A stretch of DNA of 64,000 nt from Candidatus Bipolaricaulota bacterium. GTDB lineage: Bacteria > Bipolaricaulota > Bipolaricaulia > RBG-16-55-9 > DRXL01. Position numbers and translations under genes: made by a program. Under the pieces are notes generated by a model. The model saw nothing but the letters and a program-made list of their open reading frames with translations. It had not been told where the DNA came from and made no database searches. Positions 14,888 to 27,392 of the stretch are shown here, one piece after another. How positions within the stretch are numbered: the first letter of the stretch is position 1; every line of letters starts with the position of its first letter. The stretch covers positions 2,476-66,475 of the forward strand of contig JAUQPG010000004.1 in the NCBI GenBank assembly GCA_030550495.1, given 5' to 3'.

Positions 14888-16047
14888 GACGCTATCGCTT
14901 GCGTATCCCTGGGCCTATCGATCTGGAGCCTGAAGTCTTGGCGTATATGAGTGCGCCGCTCATCGCTCACTACGGGCAGGAGTGGGTCGAGCTCTACACG
15001 GAAACCATAACGCTGCTGAAGCGCGTGTGGCAAACTCGCGAAGCCGATGTCTTTCTCATGCCGGGGCCAGGGAGCATCGCCATGGAAGCGGCTATTGCTA
15101 GTCTTGCCGGAGATACTCATAAGCTCCTTGTGCTTACCAACGGCTTCTTTGGAGATCGCTGGGTGACCATAGCACGACTCTATTCGTCACGGGTGATCGT
15201 GCTGGAGAGTGCGTGGGGGCGCGCGTGTGATGTTGACGCTGTCGAGCAGACCCTCAAACGTGACAGAGAGATCAAAGCCGTCATTATGGTTCACGGGGAG
15301 ACGTCCACAGGTGTGCTCAATCCCTTGAAAGAGATCGGCGAAGTCTGTGATCGCTACGGGGCAGTTTTGGTAGTTGATATGATCTCGACGCTTGGGGGCA
15401 TCGAGATCGCTTTTGACGATTGGCATATAGGGATTGGGGTGAGCGCCACGCAGAAGTGTCTAGAGTGTCCTCCAGGGTTAGCGCCGATAGGGGTGAGTCC
15501 GCGCGCATGGGAGTTGATCGAGCGCAGCAAGGGTCCAGGATGGTATATTAATCTGCGCACGTGGCAACACTTCGCCCGTGAGTGGGGCGACTGGCATCCC
15601 CATCCCGTCACCATGCCCACAGGGCTAACCCAAGCCCTGCGCTTCAGCTTACAAAATATCTTAGATGAAGGGCTTCCCCAACGCTGGGCGCGGCACACAG
15701 CTATGGCCCGGCTCGTGAGAAACGCCCTGAAAAATCTAGGATTCGAGCTCTTCGTCCCCAATGACCGCGAAGCGATGAATACTGTAACGGCTGCCAAGGG
15801 CCATGCGCGGCTCCCTGCGGCCGCGCTGATTCGCGCCCTCAAAGAGAAGTATCAGATTCTCATTGGGGGTGGGATAGAGAAACTTTCTGGCCAGATCTTT
15901 CGTATCGGGCACATGGGGCCGACGGCCACCCGCGACGCTATCGTGCCGACGCTCCTCGCCATTGAAGACATCTTGCGTTCTGTGGGAGTAGCTGTCGAGC
16001 CCGGGCAAAGCCTGCGCGCTCCTGCGCCGGTCATGGGACCTGAATGA
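14884..16047 (+). CDS. Class-V aminotransferase (serine-pyruvate/alanine-glyoxylate type)
   Basis: PGP...LMPGPGS...VVDMISTLGG...SATQKCL (PLP-lysine region). GGAGAGGAGG RBS precedes ATG 14884. Confidence 0.85.
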   Translation: MRRYRLRIPGPIDLEPEVLAYMSAPLIAHYGQEWVELYTETITLLKRVWQTREADVFLMPGPGSIAMEAAIASLAGDTHKLLVLTNGFFGDRWVTIARLYSSRVIVLESAWGRACDVDAVEQTLKRDREIKAVIMVHGETSTGVLNPLKEIGEVCDRYGAVLVVDMISTLGGIEIAFDDWHIGIGVSATQKCLECPPGLAPIGVSPRAWELIERSKGPGWYINLRTWQHFAREWGDWHPHPVTMPTGLTQALRFSLQNILDEGLPQRWARHTAMARLVRNALKNLGFELFVPNDREAMNTVTAAKGHARLPAAALIRALKEKYQILIGGGIEKLSGQIFRIGHMGPTATRDAIVPTLLAIEDILRSVGVAVEPGQSLRAPAPVMGPE

Positions 16048-17089
16048 TCTTCTCCTTGAGATTGTTATCTTCGTTGCACTCGGGGACTTGGGTCTTGCTG
16101 TCAGCAATGACAGTCAGAATATAGCTCCCTGGAGTGATCATTTGAGTGGTGCTCGCTTGTTCGCCGGCCTTGGGTGCTAAAGGCGATGTTGTCACCTCAG
16201 CAATGAGTTGTCCGTTGAGGAGAAACGCTGTCGTCGTCGGTATAGGGACTGGAGCGGTGCCGATGTTCTCTACGTAGGCGCGCGGCTTGAGCAACCACGT
16301 ATACGGGGAGATCTGAGAGAGCTCGGCATAGAGATGGCGGATAGTCAGATCGGGGCAGCCGCTGGGGGCAGCCGCGATCACATAGATCGCACGGGCGACG
16401 GCCCGCGTAGCACGGCAGCGCAATTTTATAAGAGCAGGGTCAGCACTGAACGTTGGTAAGAGCTGGGCTTCTTCGACTTCCCACCGTGCGAAGCGATAGC
16501 TCTTCTCTTCGAAAGAGACTTGAGAGCTAGCTTGTAGTGTGACGTCCGTTAGGGTGTCAAAGGTGCGCACAAACGGGGTAGAGCCGCCGCCATCGCCTAA
16601 GATATCGAGCGGGCGCACGTCGATGAACGTCCCAGAAAGATACTGCCCTAAGCTGTCCTGGGCGTCTACAGCGATGGCGCACAGCTCAGCAGGCTGAGAG
16701 CGATAGACCGCCTGGACGCGCGCGTTCGCCACGAAGGGCACCTGGCCCGCGCGCACGCGCAACTGTTGTGGCGCTTTAGAATATGGCTCGCCGTTGAAAT
16801 CCCACCGATCGAAGTAGTGCAAGGCTTGGTGGACGCCACAGTTGTCGAGCTGTCTATAGATAGCTTGTAGCGTGACTGCTTCTCCCAGCGGGACGGAGAT
16901 CGTCACGGGGCGGCCGGAGTAGACGCGTCCGTTGATTAATAGCGCAGCGTTCTCGCATGTCGCGCTGACTTCGAGCTCGAGAGTTCTGCTCTGAGCTGGA
17001 GCTAAGAGCGTCGGTCCGATGGCGAGTATGAGCGCGAGGACAAGCAGGCCCAAGCTGATCGACTGGCTTCCCCTCGTGGGGATGCGCAT
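16031..17089 (-). CDS. Secreted hypothetical protein with a C-terminal CARDB-like domain
   Basis: Signal peptide MRIPTRGSQSISLGLLVLALILAIG...APAQS. The C-terminal ...GSYILTVIADSKTQVPECNEDNNLKEKIIQVP is CARDB-like. Confidence 0.65.
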   Translation of the reverse strand: MRIPTRGSQSISLGLLVLALILAIGPTLLAPAQSRTLELEVSATCENAALLINGRVYSGRPVTISVPLGEAVTLQAIYRQLDNCGVHQALHYFDRWDFNGEPYSKAPQQLRVRAGQVPFVANARVQAVYRSQPAELCAIAVDAQDSLGQYLSGTFIDVRPLDILGDGGGSTPFVRTFDTLTDVTLQASSQVSFEEKSYRFARWEVEEAQLLPTFSADPALIKLRCRATRAVARAIYVIAAAPSGCPDLTIRHLYAELSQISPYTWLLKPRAYVENIGTAPVPIPTTTAFLLNGQLIAEVTTSPLAPKAGEQASTTQMITPGSYILTVIADSKTQVPECNEDNNLKEKIIQVP

Positions 17090-17139
17090 AGAGATCCCCC
17101 CTTCACGTAATTCTATTATAGCTCAAATGAGCAGAGACG

Positions 17140-17562
17140 TTAAATATCTAACACACACTCGACTTGGACCCTATCAGGCTGCTGGAGCACACGGAGATTA
17201 TTGTACGTCACGGCTTTGACGTCTATGCGTGGATCATGCCGTGAGCGGTCTAAGGGTTCGCCCGCGATCTTGGCCTTCAGAGCCAAGTCTTGCCCTTGAG
17301 GGATGACAGTTACGTGAAATTCTGAGAAGACGCATCCCGTGCGGTCGCGCTCTAAGATCAGTCTGTTGAGCCAATCCGCTAACAGTACCTCAAGGGACTC
17401 AGCACGCAGCTCAACGGCGATCGTCCTGTGCGGGAGCACAGTCTCTATATTGACCATCAGGGAGAAAAGCGCGCGGGCTGCTTCGGCAAATGCTTCTGAG
17501 ACCGTCTCGCCCCAAGCACGAATCCCTACTTCTGCTGTCACGTCAAAATACTCAAAGGGCAT
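17140..17562 (-). CDS. Archease (RtcB cofactor family)
   Basis: 140 aa: MPFEYFDVTAEVGIRAWGETVSEAFAEAARAL...KAVTYNNLRV. Confidence 0.9.
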   Translation of the reverse strand: MPFEYFDVTAEVGIRAWGETVSEAFAEAARALFSLMVNIETVLPHRTIAVELRAESLEVLLADWLNRLILERDRTGCVFSEFHVTVIPQGQDLALKAKIAGEPLDRSRHDPRIDVKAVTYNNLRVLQQPDRVQVECVLDI

Positions 17563-17568
17563 AGGGGC

Positions 17569-18103
17569 TCATCCTAGCTCCCACGTTGCCACGGGGGTAT
17601 AGATCGCGCCACTCGGCGATAATTGGCTCTCCATAAGCGTCAGATGGGTGATCGGCGCGTGACAGGCAAACTCCCCAATCTGGGCAAAGATCTGGGCAAG
17701 CTGTCCTGCCCGCGTCGGGCGCTCGTCTTTGATACGCCCTACAGTCACATGCGGCGTGAAATGTCGTTCTGCTTCAAAGCCCATCTTGATCAGTTCACGT
17801 TCTAGACGTTCTTGGAGCGAGAGAATTGCTTGGGGAGCTTGGCTTGTGCCGATCCAAAGTACCCGCGGCCGGTGCACCGTGGGAAACGCGCCCACGGTGT
17901 CGAACACTAGCTCAAACTTCTGAGCTGATGCGGCCGCTTGTGCTCCCAGGATCTTCAGAGCGTCGAGAGCTGTCGGGGCGACCTCGCCGAGAAATTTAAG
18001 AGTGACGTGGAAGTTTTTCGGAGGCACCCACGTCACGCGCGCATCTAGGGCTCTGAACCGCTGAGCAATCTTGTCCAGCTCTGCTCGAACGGCTTGGGGC
18101 AAC

Positions 18104-18126
<23 letters not shown>
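17569..18126 (-). CDS. thpR: RNA 2',3'-cyclic phosphodiesterase (ThpR/LigT, 2H family)
   Basis: Two H-x-T-x motifs (HVTLKF and HVTVGR). Its start overlaps the pyrI stop by 23 nt. Confidence 0.9.
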
Positions 18127-19540
<1,414 letters not shown>

Positions 19541-19609
19541 ATCGGCGGACACACGATTAGGCACGGCCTCGCTTTGAGTTTTGAAGAATCGCCGTCATTT
19601 CTCAGTAGG

Positions 19610-22600
19610 CTAGAGGCGCTCGTCGCGAAGCGCGTACACCTGGAGGAGCCCCGTCTGCAATGCTCGGATCGCTCCTATCAGTGCTTGCGCCCCTTCGAGC
19701 GTCGTCACAGAGGGCACGCGGTGCTTGACGGCCTCAATGCGAATCGCAGCTTCGTCGTGATGCGCGCGCTTGCCCGACGGCGTATTGATAACTAAACAAA
19801 TCTGCCCCTGACGAATCACGTCGACAACGTGGGGATGGCCCTCGCTCACCTTGTTGATAGCACTGACGGCAAGCCCTGCTTGCTGGAGCACGTGAGCCGT
19901 GCCGCGCGTCGCTATGAGAGAGAAGCCCATTTCTGCCAGGGCACGAGCGATGGGCACGATCGCGGATTTGTCGCGATCGTTGACGCTGATGAACGCCGTG
20001 CCCTCAGTAGGGAGCTGGCTCTTGAGATTAAGCTGCGTCTTGGCAAACGCCTCTCCAAGCGTGCGCCCTGATCCCATCACTTCGCCAGTGCTCTTCATCT
20101 CCGGACCTAAGATTGGGTCAGCGAAAAATCTATCGAAGGGGAAGACCGGGGCCTTGACATGAAAACCCTTTACCTTCGGCTCTGCTGTGAATCCTAGCTC
20201 TTTCAGCGTCATGCCCGCCATGACTTTGGCAGCGATCTTCGCGAGGGGGACACCCGTAGCTTTGCTGATGAACGGCACGGTGCGCGACGCGCGCGGATTC
20301 ACTTCCAGTACATACAGCGTATCGTTTTGCACAGCAAACTGTATATTCATTAGCCCGACGACGTTGAGCCGTCGAGCGAGTTTTTTCGTCACAGCGCGCA
20401 CTTCATCTAGAATCTTTTCGCTGAGGGTGAAGGGCGGCAGCACGCAGCAGCTATCTCCCGAATGGATCCCCGCGCGCTCGATGTGCTCTAAAATCCCGCC
20501 GATCACGCAGTCTTCTCCGTCGGCGACGGCATCCACGTCAAGCTCAATCGCGTCTTGGAGGAACTCGTCAATGAGCACAGGCTGCGCGGGTGAGACGCGC
20601 ACGGCCTCTTCAATGTAATGCGCTAGCTCGCTCTTATCGTAGCAGATGGCCATGGCGCGCCCGCCGAGCACATAGCTAGGCCGCACCAGCACTGGGAATC
20701 CAAGATCTTCAGCAACTCGAAGGGCTTCGTCGGCTGAGAACGCGAGGCCACTGCGCGGACGCTTCGCGCCGAGTTCATCCAAGATCAGATTGAACTTTTC
20801 ACGGTCTTCAGCCAAGTCAATATTTTCAGGGCTGGTGCCCAAGATGGGCACGCCGTGCGCCTTCAGAGCGAGCGCCAAGTTCAACGGAGCCTGTCCGCCG
20901 AACTGCACGATTACACCGTTGGGCTCCTCGATCTCAATGATATTTAAGACGTCCTCGAGCGTGAGCGGCTCAAAATAGAGCTTATCTGAAGTATCGTAAT
21001 CTGTTGAGACCGTCTCCGGGTTGCAGTTGATCATGATGACTTCATAGCCCAGCTCGCGCAGGGCGAACGCCGCGTGACAGCAGCAATAATCGAATTCGAT
21101 CCCTTGGCCGATTCGATATGGGCCACCGCCAAGGACGATCACTTTCTTTCTCGTCGTTGGAGCCGCTTCGCACTCGTCGGCTTCGTAGGTCGAGTAGAGA
21201 TAGGGCGTCTGAGCTTCAAACTCGGCTGCACATGTGTCGACTTTCTTGTAGACCGGGTAAATCTTAAATTCTCGACGCTTCGCGCGCACGACCGACTCGG
21301 AAGTTCCCCATATCTTCGCTAGGACGGCGTCGGAGAAGCCGAAGCGCTTGGCTTGGCAAAGCAGCTCCCTAGAGACGCTCTCAAAATCATGGGTGCGCAG
21401 TTTCTTCTCGAGATGCGCGATCTCTTCGAGCTGGGCGAGAAACCACGGGTCTATGCCGGTCCAGCGGGCTAGCTCCTCGACCGAGATCCCTGACTGCAAC
21501 GCGCGATAGAGATAGAAGACTCTCTGAGGATTAGGGCGCTCGAGATAGTCACGGATCAGCTCAGGCGAAAGGGGAAGCTCGACGTCCCCGCCCAGGCCCA
21601 ACCGTCCGATCTCCAACGAGCGAATCGCTTTCTGGAGGGCTTCTTTGAACGTGCGCCCCAGGGCCATCACTTCGCCCACGGAGCGCATCTGCGTCGTGAG
21701 CGTCGTGTCAGTTTCTGGGAATTTCTCAAAGTTCCATCGAGGAACCTTGACGACGACGTAGTCTATCGTCGGCTCGAAGCTCGCCGGAGTCTTTTGAGTG
21801 ATATCGTTGGGCAGCTCGTCGAGGGTGTAGCCCACCGCGAGCTTCGCGGCAATCTTCGCGATGGGGAAGCCTGTCGCTTTAGAGGCCAGAGCCGAGCTGC
21901 GGCTGACACGTGGGTTCATCTCGATGACGAGCATCTCTCCGTCTTTAGGGTTCACGGCAAACTGAATATTGCTTCCCCCGGTCTCGACCCCAACAGCACG
22001 AATTACTCTGATGGCCCAGTCACGCATCTGTTGATACTCTCTGTCAGAGAGCGTCTGCGCTGGCGCGACCGTGATCGAATCTCCTGTGTGGACGCCCATG
22101 GGATCGAAGTTTTCGATAGAACATATAATGACGACGTTGTCGTTGCGGTCGCGCATCACCTCGAGCTCAAACTCTTTCCAACCGATCACGGACTCTTCGA
22201 GCAGGACTTCATGCACAGGGCTTATCTCGAGTCCGTGCTGCGCGACAGCGCGCAGCTCTTCTTCCGTGTGGGCGACGCCGCTGCCCTCTCCTCCCAGCGT
22301 GAACGACGGGCGCACTAAGATGGGATAGCGCAACTTCTGCGACAGAGTGAGAGCTTCGTCGAGAGAGCGCGCAAGGCCCCCGCGAGGCACGGGCAGCCCC
22401 GCGCGCTCCATCGTCTTCTGAAAAAGCAATCTGTCTTCAGCGATCTCGATGGCACGCTGCGACGCGCCGATCAGCTCAATGCTGTAGCGTTCTAAAACTC
22501 GTGAGCGAGCCAACGCGACAGCGAGATTGAGTGCCGTCTGGCCGCCCACGGTGGGCAAGAGCGCGTCGGGGCGCTCGCGCGCGATAATTTTTTCTAGAAT

Positions 22601-22816
22601 CTCTGGGACAAGCGGCTCGATATACACACGCGACGCGCTCTCCGGGTCGGTCATGATCGTCGCAGGGTTATTATTCACTAAAATAACGTCGTAGCCCTCT
22701 TCGCGCAGGGCTTTACACGCCTGGCTGCCGGAATAGTCAAATTCTCCCGCCTGGCCGATGACAATCGGCCCGGAGCCGATCACCAAAATCTTTTTTAGGT
22801 CAGCGCGCTTTGGCAT
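19610..22816 (-). CDS. carB: Carbamoyl-phosphate synthase large subunit
   Basis: 1068 aa with duplicated ATP-grasp halves and an MGS-like C-terminus. Confidence 0.97.
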   Translation of the reverse strand: MPKRADLKKILVIGSGPIVIGQAGEFDYSGSQACKALREEGYDVILVNNNPATIMTDPESASRVYIEPLVPEILEKIIARERPDALLPTVGGQTALNLAVALARSRVLERYSIELIGASQRAIEIAEDRLLFQKTMERAGLPVPRGGLARSLDEALTLSQKLRYPILVRPSFTLGGEGSGVAHTEEELRAVAQHGLEISPVHEVLLEESVIGWKEFELEVMRDRNDNVVIICSIENFDPMGVHTGDSITVAPAQTLSDREYQQMRDWAIRVIRAVGVETGGSNIQFAVNPKDGEMLVIEMNPRVSRSSALASKATGFPIAKIAAKLAVGYTLDELPNDITQKTPASFEPTIDYVVVKVPRWNFEKFPETDTTLTTQMRSVGEVMALGRTFKEALQKAIRSLEIGRLGLGGDVELPLSPELIRDYLERPNPQRVFYLYRALQSGISVEELARWTGIDPWFLAQLEEIAHLEKKLRTHDFESVSRELLCQAKRFGFSDAVLAKIWGTSESVVRAKRREFKIYPVYKKVDTCAAEFEAQTPYLYSTYEADECEAAPTTRKKVIVLGGGPYRIGQGIEFDYCCCHAAFALRELGYEVIMINCNPETVSTDYDTSDKLYFEPLTLEDVLNIIEIEEPNGVIVQFGGQAPLNLALALKAHGVPILGTSPENIDLAEDREKFNLILDELGAKRPRSGLAFSADEALRVAEDLGFPVLVRPSYVLGGRAMAICYDKSELAHYIEEAVRVSPAQPVLIDEFLQDAIELDVDAVADGEDCVIGGILEHIERAGIHSGDSCCVLPPFTLSEKILDEVRAVTKKLARRLNVVGLMNIQFAVQNDTLYVLEVNPRASRTVPFISKATGVPLAKIAAKVMAGMTLKELGFTAEPKVKGFHVKAPVFPFDRFFADPILGPEMKSTGEVMGSGRTLGEAFAKTQLNLKSQLPTEGTAFISVNDRDKSAIVPIARALAEMGFSLIATRGTAHVLQQAGLAVSAINKVSEGHPHVVDVIRQGQICLVINTPSGKRAHHDEAAIRIEAVKHRVPSVTTLEGAQALIGAIRALQTGLLQVYALRDERL

Positions 22817-23949
22817 CTCTGTGAACTTTCTATCAGAGCGAAGAACTGATCGAAGAGCGAGAGCGCGTCCTGGGGCCCCGGCGAGGCTTCCGGGTGAAAC
22901 TGCACCGCGAAGACTGGGAGCTTCTTATGTCGAAAACCTTCAATTGAGCCGTCGTTGAGATTGATGTGGGTCAGCTCTAGATCTGGGGGCAGGTCTGCAA
23001 GGGCAAACCCGTGATTGTGCGAAGTGATCTCGACTCTATTGGTCAGGAGATTTTTGACGGGCTGGTTCGCGCCGCGATGGCCGAACTTTAATTTATACGC
23101 GCGCGCCCCCAGCGCTAACCCCAGAATCTGATGGCCCAGACAGATCCCGAAGATCGGGCAGCGCTCAGATTCGATAAGCTGACGGGCTGTGCGTATCGCG
23201 TCTTTGAGAATAGACGGGTCTCCGGGGCCGTTGGAGAGCAGAATCCCATCGGGCTTGAGTTGTAAGATCTCTGCGGCGCTCCAGAACGCCGGGACGACCG
23301 TGACTCTTCTCGCTCGTGATCGCAAGTTTCTCAGAATATTGCGCTTCACGCCGAAGTCCACGACGACGATGTGTAGGCCCTTACCCCGCCCTTGGGGCAC
23401 CCCTCTCCCGTCCGTCAAGACAGAATAGGGTCCAGGGATGAGAGCCTCGCACCACTCATACGGCTCGGTGCAGCTCACGCGATAGACCCAGTTCTCCTCA
23501 GAGATCGTGGGAGCACGCCGAGCGCGCTCGACCAATTCATCGGGATCACTGTCAAAGCTAGAAAGACATCCGCGCATCGCGCCGTGCTCGCGAATGTGTC
23601 GCGTGAGCGCGCGCGTGTCCACATCACACAGCCCAATGATATTGTGCTCTTTCAAATAACGATCTAGGTCCATTTGGCCGCGCCAGTTCGAGAATTTTTG
23701 GGAGAATTCTCGCACGATGAACCCGCTCACCCACGGCCGAGCAGATTCAATATCTTCAGAATTGACCCCGTAATTCCCAATATGGGGGTAGGTCATGCAA
23801 ACGATCTGGCCAGCGTATGATGGGTCGGTGAGAATCTCTTGGTAGCCTGTCATGGCTGTATTGAAGACGACTTCGCCACAGATAATCCCGTGAGCGCCCC
23901 AGGCGCGCCCGTAGAAGACTTTGCCATCTTCGAGGGCTAGGAGCGCCAT
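22795..23949 (-). CDS. carA: Carbamoyl-phosphate synthase small subunit
   Basis: [14 protein letters not shown]... with a GATase domain (GICLGHQ). Start taken at ATG 23949 with a GGGGAGGG RBS. The track GTG at 23967 is a probable extension. Confidence 0.92.
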   Translation of the reverse strand: MALLALEDGKVFYGRAWGAHGIICGEVVFNTAMTGYQEILTDPSYAGQIVCMTYPHIGNYGVNSEDIESARPWVSGFIVREFSQKFSNWRGQMDLDRYLKEHNIIGLCDVDTRALTRHIREHGAMRGCLSSFDSDPDELVERARRAPTISEENWVYRVSCTEPYEWCEALIPGPYSVLTDGRGVPQGRGKGLHIVVVDFGVKRNILRNLRSRARRVTVVPAFWSAAEILQLKPDGILLSNGPGDPSILKDAIRTARQLIESERCPIFGICLGHQILGLALGARAYKLKFGHRGANQPVKNLLTNRVEITSHNHGFALADLPPDLELTHINLNDGSIEGFRHKKLPVFAVQFHPEASPGPQDALSLFDQFFALIESSQRCQSALT

Positions 23950-23965
23950 AGGCACCCTCCCCGAC

Positions 23966-24006
23966 ACAAAAAAAATGGGCCAGGCCGCCTCTGCGGCGGC
24001 TGGCCC
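23966..24006 (-). terminator. Rho-independent terminator downstream of rtcA, about 19 nt upstream of the carA start
   Basis: Minus-strand sense: GGGCCAGCCGCCGCAGAGGCGGCCTGGCCC followed by ATTTTTTTT. Confidence 0.6.
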
Positions 24007-24126
24007 ATGATTTCTTTCACTATACAGATATGCCGTGGCACGGCTTGAGCCGGATCACCTCAAGCTACATATTGGCGGGCATTATAGCAGAAGGAGGACT
24101 GGGGGTCAAATCGCTTGCCGTATCGA

Positions 24127-25215
24127 CTATTTCACGGCTCTTGGCTTCACAGATTTGGGTGGTTGCGAGCCAGCCTCTGGCTCACAACCGATCTCCCATA
24201 TCCCCGCGCGTTCGATCACTGTGAACCGAGAGCCCGCGATCTGCTCCGCCACCCAAATATTTGTCTTAATGTGATCTGTCAGTTCGGTGCAAAAGAACCT
24301 TCCACCAAAGAGTGCCAAAAACGGGATGATCTGATCAGCCATGTGCCGGTCAAGCGTCGCACCGCGGCGCAACTCATTCAGTAATGCCGACGCAGCACGC
24401 TCACCGACTCTTTCGGCAGGCACGCCGCGCTCCCCCAGTGCGTCCCCTCCCAAGATAGTCTTTGCGCAATCTGCCCAGAGCACGACAGCTGACCCTGGTG
24501 AGAGCGTCTCGACGTAACGCGTCTCGATTTCAAGAGAAATCCCAGAAAGCTCTCGCTGCAGAAGCGCCTGTGCGGCTTCGGCTTGACGTTCAGCGACCTT
24601 GCCCTTTTGCAGATGGTGTGACGCCAGCGAAACCCCCGCAATCTTGTGAAGCTGCCCTTGCTCAGGGAAATCGAATGGTTTCGCAATATGGGCGGGGCCA
24701 AAGCGCGCGCACACTCGCGCCCCGCCCTTGGGATAGAAGCCCTCGCGCTCAACAGTAAGATGCGCTGGGAATCCCCAACGACTCAGGAGGGCGAAGGTGA
24801 CGTGCTCCAGCGCGGCTATCGGCGGTGCCCACTGCCCATACGTGCCCCCGCCCTCGATCTCGACGCTGACTCTCTGGGCACAGCGCGCCAGCGCGATCTG
24901 AATGGGCTGAAGCGCCAACGCTACCGAGCCCGCCGTCTCGATCCGAATCGTGAGGGAATCGGTTTGTATCAGGCCTGGGGAGAAGACAAGCTCGCGCGAA
25001 CCGATCTGCGCGCCCTCAAGACGCGCTTGACAGAGCTGGGCTGCGGCACGTACGCCCGCGAGGTGCTGGGCTTGTATCCCCGGATTGGGCCGCCCCTGCC
25101 GAATATTTATTACTCTGATAGATTTGTGCAAGGCAATAGCCAAGCCTAGCCCAACCCGTAAGACCGAGCCGCCCCCTATAGCACCATCTAGAACAAGCAC
25201 TCCTTCGCTTGCCAT
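24127..25215 (-). CDS. rtcA: RNA 3'-terminal phosphate cyclase
   Basis: ...GGGSVLRVGLGLAIALHKSIRVINIRQGRPNPGIQAQHL..., an RtcA signature. 362 aa. Confidence 0.9.
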   Translation of the reverse strand: MASEGVLVLDGAIGGGSVLRVGLGLAIALHKSIRVINIRQGRPNPGIQAQHLAGVRAAAQLCQARLEGAQIGSRELVFSPGLIQTDSLTIRIETAGSVALALQPIQIALARCAQRVSVEIEGGGTYGQWAPPIAALEHVTFALLSRWGFPAHLTVEREGFYPKGGARVCARFGPAHIAKPFDFPEQGQLHKIAGVSLASHHLQKGKVAERQAEAAQALLQRELSGISLEIETRYVETLSPGSAVVLWADCAKTILGGDALGERGVPAERVGERAASALLNELRRGATLDRHMADQIIPFLALFGGRFFCTELTDHIKTNIWVAEQIAGSRFTVIERAGIWEIGCEPEAGSQPPKSVKPRAVK

Positions 25216-25276
25216 AGTGCCCTCTCTGTGATATTGTTGTTATCCTACTCTGAAGGACAGCGTTTGTCGAGTAAGT

Positions 25277-26584
25277 ATGTACAGCATACGATTACGAGGC
25301 ATCTACGCGACGGCGTTGGCGGCAGTAGCGCTCGAGCACGGCTGGCGCGTGGCGCAGCCCCCTGAAGAGCTTCAGTCTCGTGTGAACCCAGAAGATCGCT
25401 TTGCCCCATTTGATCTTGAGGTCCGGGATCGTGATGACCGCCAAGGCGTGCTAGTCCTCGGGGATACGAATGCTGTCGGTGCTTTCAAAAGACTGCTCTT
25501 GGCTGAGCTCCCCGATGTCATCTGTGTGCCAGCCTTGACAGAGTTAGGTGCAATTTATCTGGGGATCGTGCACAAGCGCCGTGCCCTAGGCTATGAGATA
25601 GACCTAGGTAATTTCATGGGGTTTCTGCCCAAGACGGAGCTCACACACCCACTCAAGAAGGGCGAGGCTATTCGCGTGCAAATCAGAGAGATCGTTCATG
25701 TTCAGCCGATCGTGACGACCCAGCTCAGCCTCGCTGGACGATTCGTGGTGCTCTGCCAAAAGCAAGGTGTGGGCATCAGCAAAGAGATCATCGACCCTGA
25801 TGAGCGCAAGCGGCTCTTGAGTCTTGGAAGAAGATATTGCGCCAACGGCTGGGGGGTGATCTGGCGCACTAGTGCGTATCGAAAGGATCTTCGCGATCTC
25901 AAAAGTGAGATCGAGATCTTACAGCGCGACTTGCCCACGCTCGAGGGACACCCTGACGAAGGCATCCCTGGGAAGTTGCGCTCGGGCCAAATGACCTTGA
26001 TCTGTGAGTTTCCCGGAGGGAGCAAGCAAGTGCTCGATCAATGGCGTGCGCGTCTCATCCCAACAGAGCCAGGATATCATCAGAGTCAAGTGGGAGATCG
26101 AGCCTGGCCGCGCGTAGGCCAATCGATCTTCATCGAGCACGTCAAGGTGCCTAGCGAGCTGAGCGTGCTGATGCGCGCTCGCGTGATCGCCGTAAGTCCT
26201 AGTAGTATTACTGTGCGTCGCGAGATCAAGGGCACGGGAGTCTACGATGGGCTCAATATCCCCAAAGAATCGGGTGACTATGCCGTAACGGAATTTCTTC
26301 AAGGCGCTTGGCACTATGAGACGCGCTACTACTCGCGGAACGGCTTGCTCAAGGGCATCTATGTGAATATTAACACGCCCATAGAGATTTACGCAGATCG
26401 CGTGCGCTATGTCGACTTGGAGATCGATGTTGTGCAGAGACCCACTGAACCAGCGCAGGTCATTGATGAGCCGAAGCTTGAGTCCATGGCTCAGTATGTG
26501 AGCTCCGGCCTCGTGCAACGAGCGCGCACCGTCGCTGCGGAGTGCGTGCAGATGCTCAATCACTGCGCTCATGGCGCAGAGTGA
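25277..26584 (+). CDS. FAU-1-like protein: RNase E/G-like N-terminal region fused to a C-terminal DUF402 domain
   Basis: S1-like region, GRFVVLCQKQGVGISKEIIDPDERKRL and GVIWRTSA (the RNase E/G 5'-sensor/catalytic-half pattern). The C-terminal ...GIYVNINTPIEIYADRVRYVDLEIDVV is DUF402-like. Confidence 0.65.
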   Translation: MYSIRLRGIYATALAAVALEHGWRVAQPPEELQSRVNPEDRFAPFDLEVRDRDDRQGVLVLGDTNAVGAFKRLLLAELPDVICVPALTELGAIYLGIVHKRRALGYEIDLGNFMGFLPKTELTHPLKKGEAIRVQIREIVHVQPIVTTQLSLAGRFVVLCQKQGVGISKEIIDPDERKRLLSLGRRYCANGWGVIWRTSAYRKDLRDLKSEIEILQRDLPTLEGHPDEGIPGKLRSGQMTLICEFPGGSKQVLDQWRARLIPTEPGYHQSQVGDRAWPRVGQSIFIEHVKVPSELSVLMRARVIAVSPSSITVRREIKGTGVYDGLNIPKESGDYAVTEFLQGAWHYETRYYSRNGLLKGIYVNINTPIEIYADRVRYVDLEIDVVQRPTEPAQVIDEPKLESMAQYVSSGLVQRARTVAAECVQMLNHCAHGAE

Positions 26585-26632
26585 TCACGCCCTCTATAAT
26601 CTAGAGAACCAAGACTACAGGAGGAGATACGT

Positions 26633-27334
26633 GTGAGTGCCAAGCGCCAACAGAACCCGACAAAACTCGAGAAGAAGACTTCATCGAAATTGCCGTGGTA
26701 TCGCCAGCCGATGGTGTTGGGAATCGCCATCGGCGGGGTAGTCGTTGTGGGTTTAGTCGTGTTCATAGCGATCTTTTCGCGTCCTGGGGAGAGCTTCCAG
26801 GTCACGCGCCCCATCGGACAAGACTTTTTGCCAGAGATGGGCGATCCCAATGCCCCTGTAACTGTCTATGAATACGCGGACTATCAATGCCCAGCGTGTG
26901 CCTACTTCGCTAAGCAATATAAGCCAAAGATCGAAGACGACTATATTAAGACGGGTAGAGTGCGCTTGGTCTTTAAGAACTTTGCGTTTCTGGGACAGGA
27001 GTCGGTGTGGGCGGCTGAAGCCGCCTATTGTGCGGCCGAGCAAGGGGGCTTCTGGGCCTATCACGATAAGTTATTTGCCAACCAGCGTGGGGAAAATCGT
27101 GGGGCGTTCAGCAAGCCCAACTTGGTGCGTTTTGCTCGCGAGCTTGGCCTGAAAGCAGAAGACTTCCAGAGCTGCCTTGACTCTGGAAGATATAGACAGA
27201 AGATCCAAGACGAGCTGCGTGAGGGCAAAGCCCAAGGCGTCAACTCTACGCCTAGCTTTATCGTCAACGGTCAGCTCGTGCGTGGCGCAGACTATCTGCG
27301 CCTGCGCGAATTGATCGAGAGCTATCTTCCCTAA
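26633..27334 (+). CDS. Membrane-anchored DsbA-family thiol:disulfide oxidoreductase
   Basis: N-terminal TM helix, CPAC active site and a thioredoxin fold. GTG start with GGAGG RBS, and TATAAT at 26595-26600. Confidence 0.85.
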   Translation: MSAKRQQNPTKLEKKTSSKLPWYRQPMVLGIAIGGVVVVGLVVFIAIFSRPGESFQVTRPIGQDFLPEMGDPNAPVTVYEYADYQCPACAYFAKQYKPKIEDDYIKTGRVRLVFKNFAFLGQESVWAAEAAYCAAEQGGFWAYHDKLFANQRGENRGAFSKPNLVRFARELGLKAEDFQSCLDSGRYRQKIQDELREGKAQGVNSTPSFIVNGQLVRGADYLRLRELIESYLP

Positions 27335-27392
27335 CGTGAGCCCTTGACAAAGCCCGCGCCGGTCCGTACTCTCTTAACGAAGAGGAGGGCTC

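Noticed and set aside
21794-22318. 174-aa plus-strand ORF, plus 20187-20618 and 19829-20071
   Set aside because: Antisense ORFs inside carB with no motifs. These are high-GC shadow ORFs.
24646-25149. 167-aa plus-strand ORF, plus 24378-24752 on the minus strand
   Set aside because: Antisense or alternative-frame within rtcA. No RBS and no motifs.
25919-26572. 217-aa minus-strand ORF
   Set aside because: Antisense to the FAU-1-like gene, whose plus-strand frame carries the recognisable domains.
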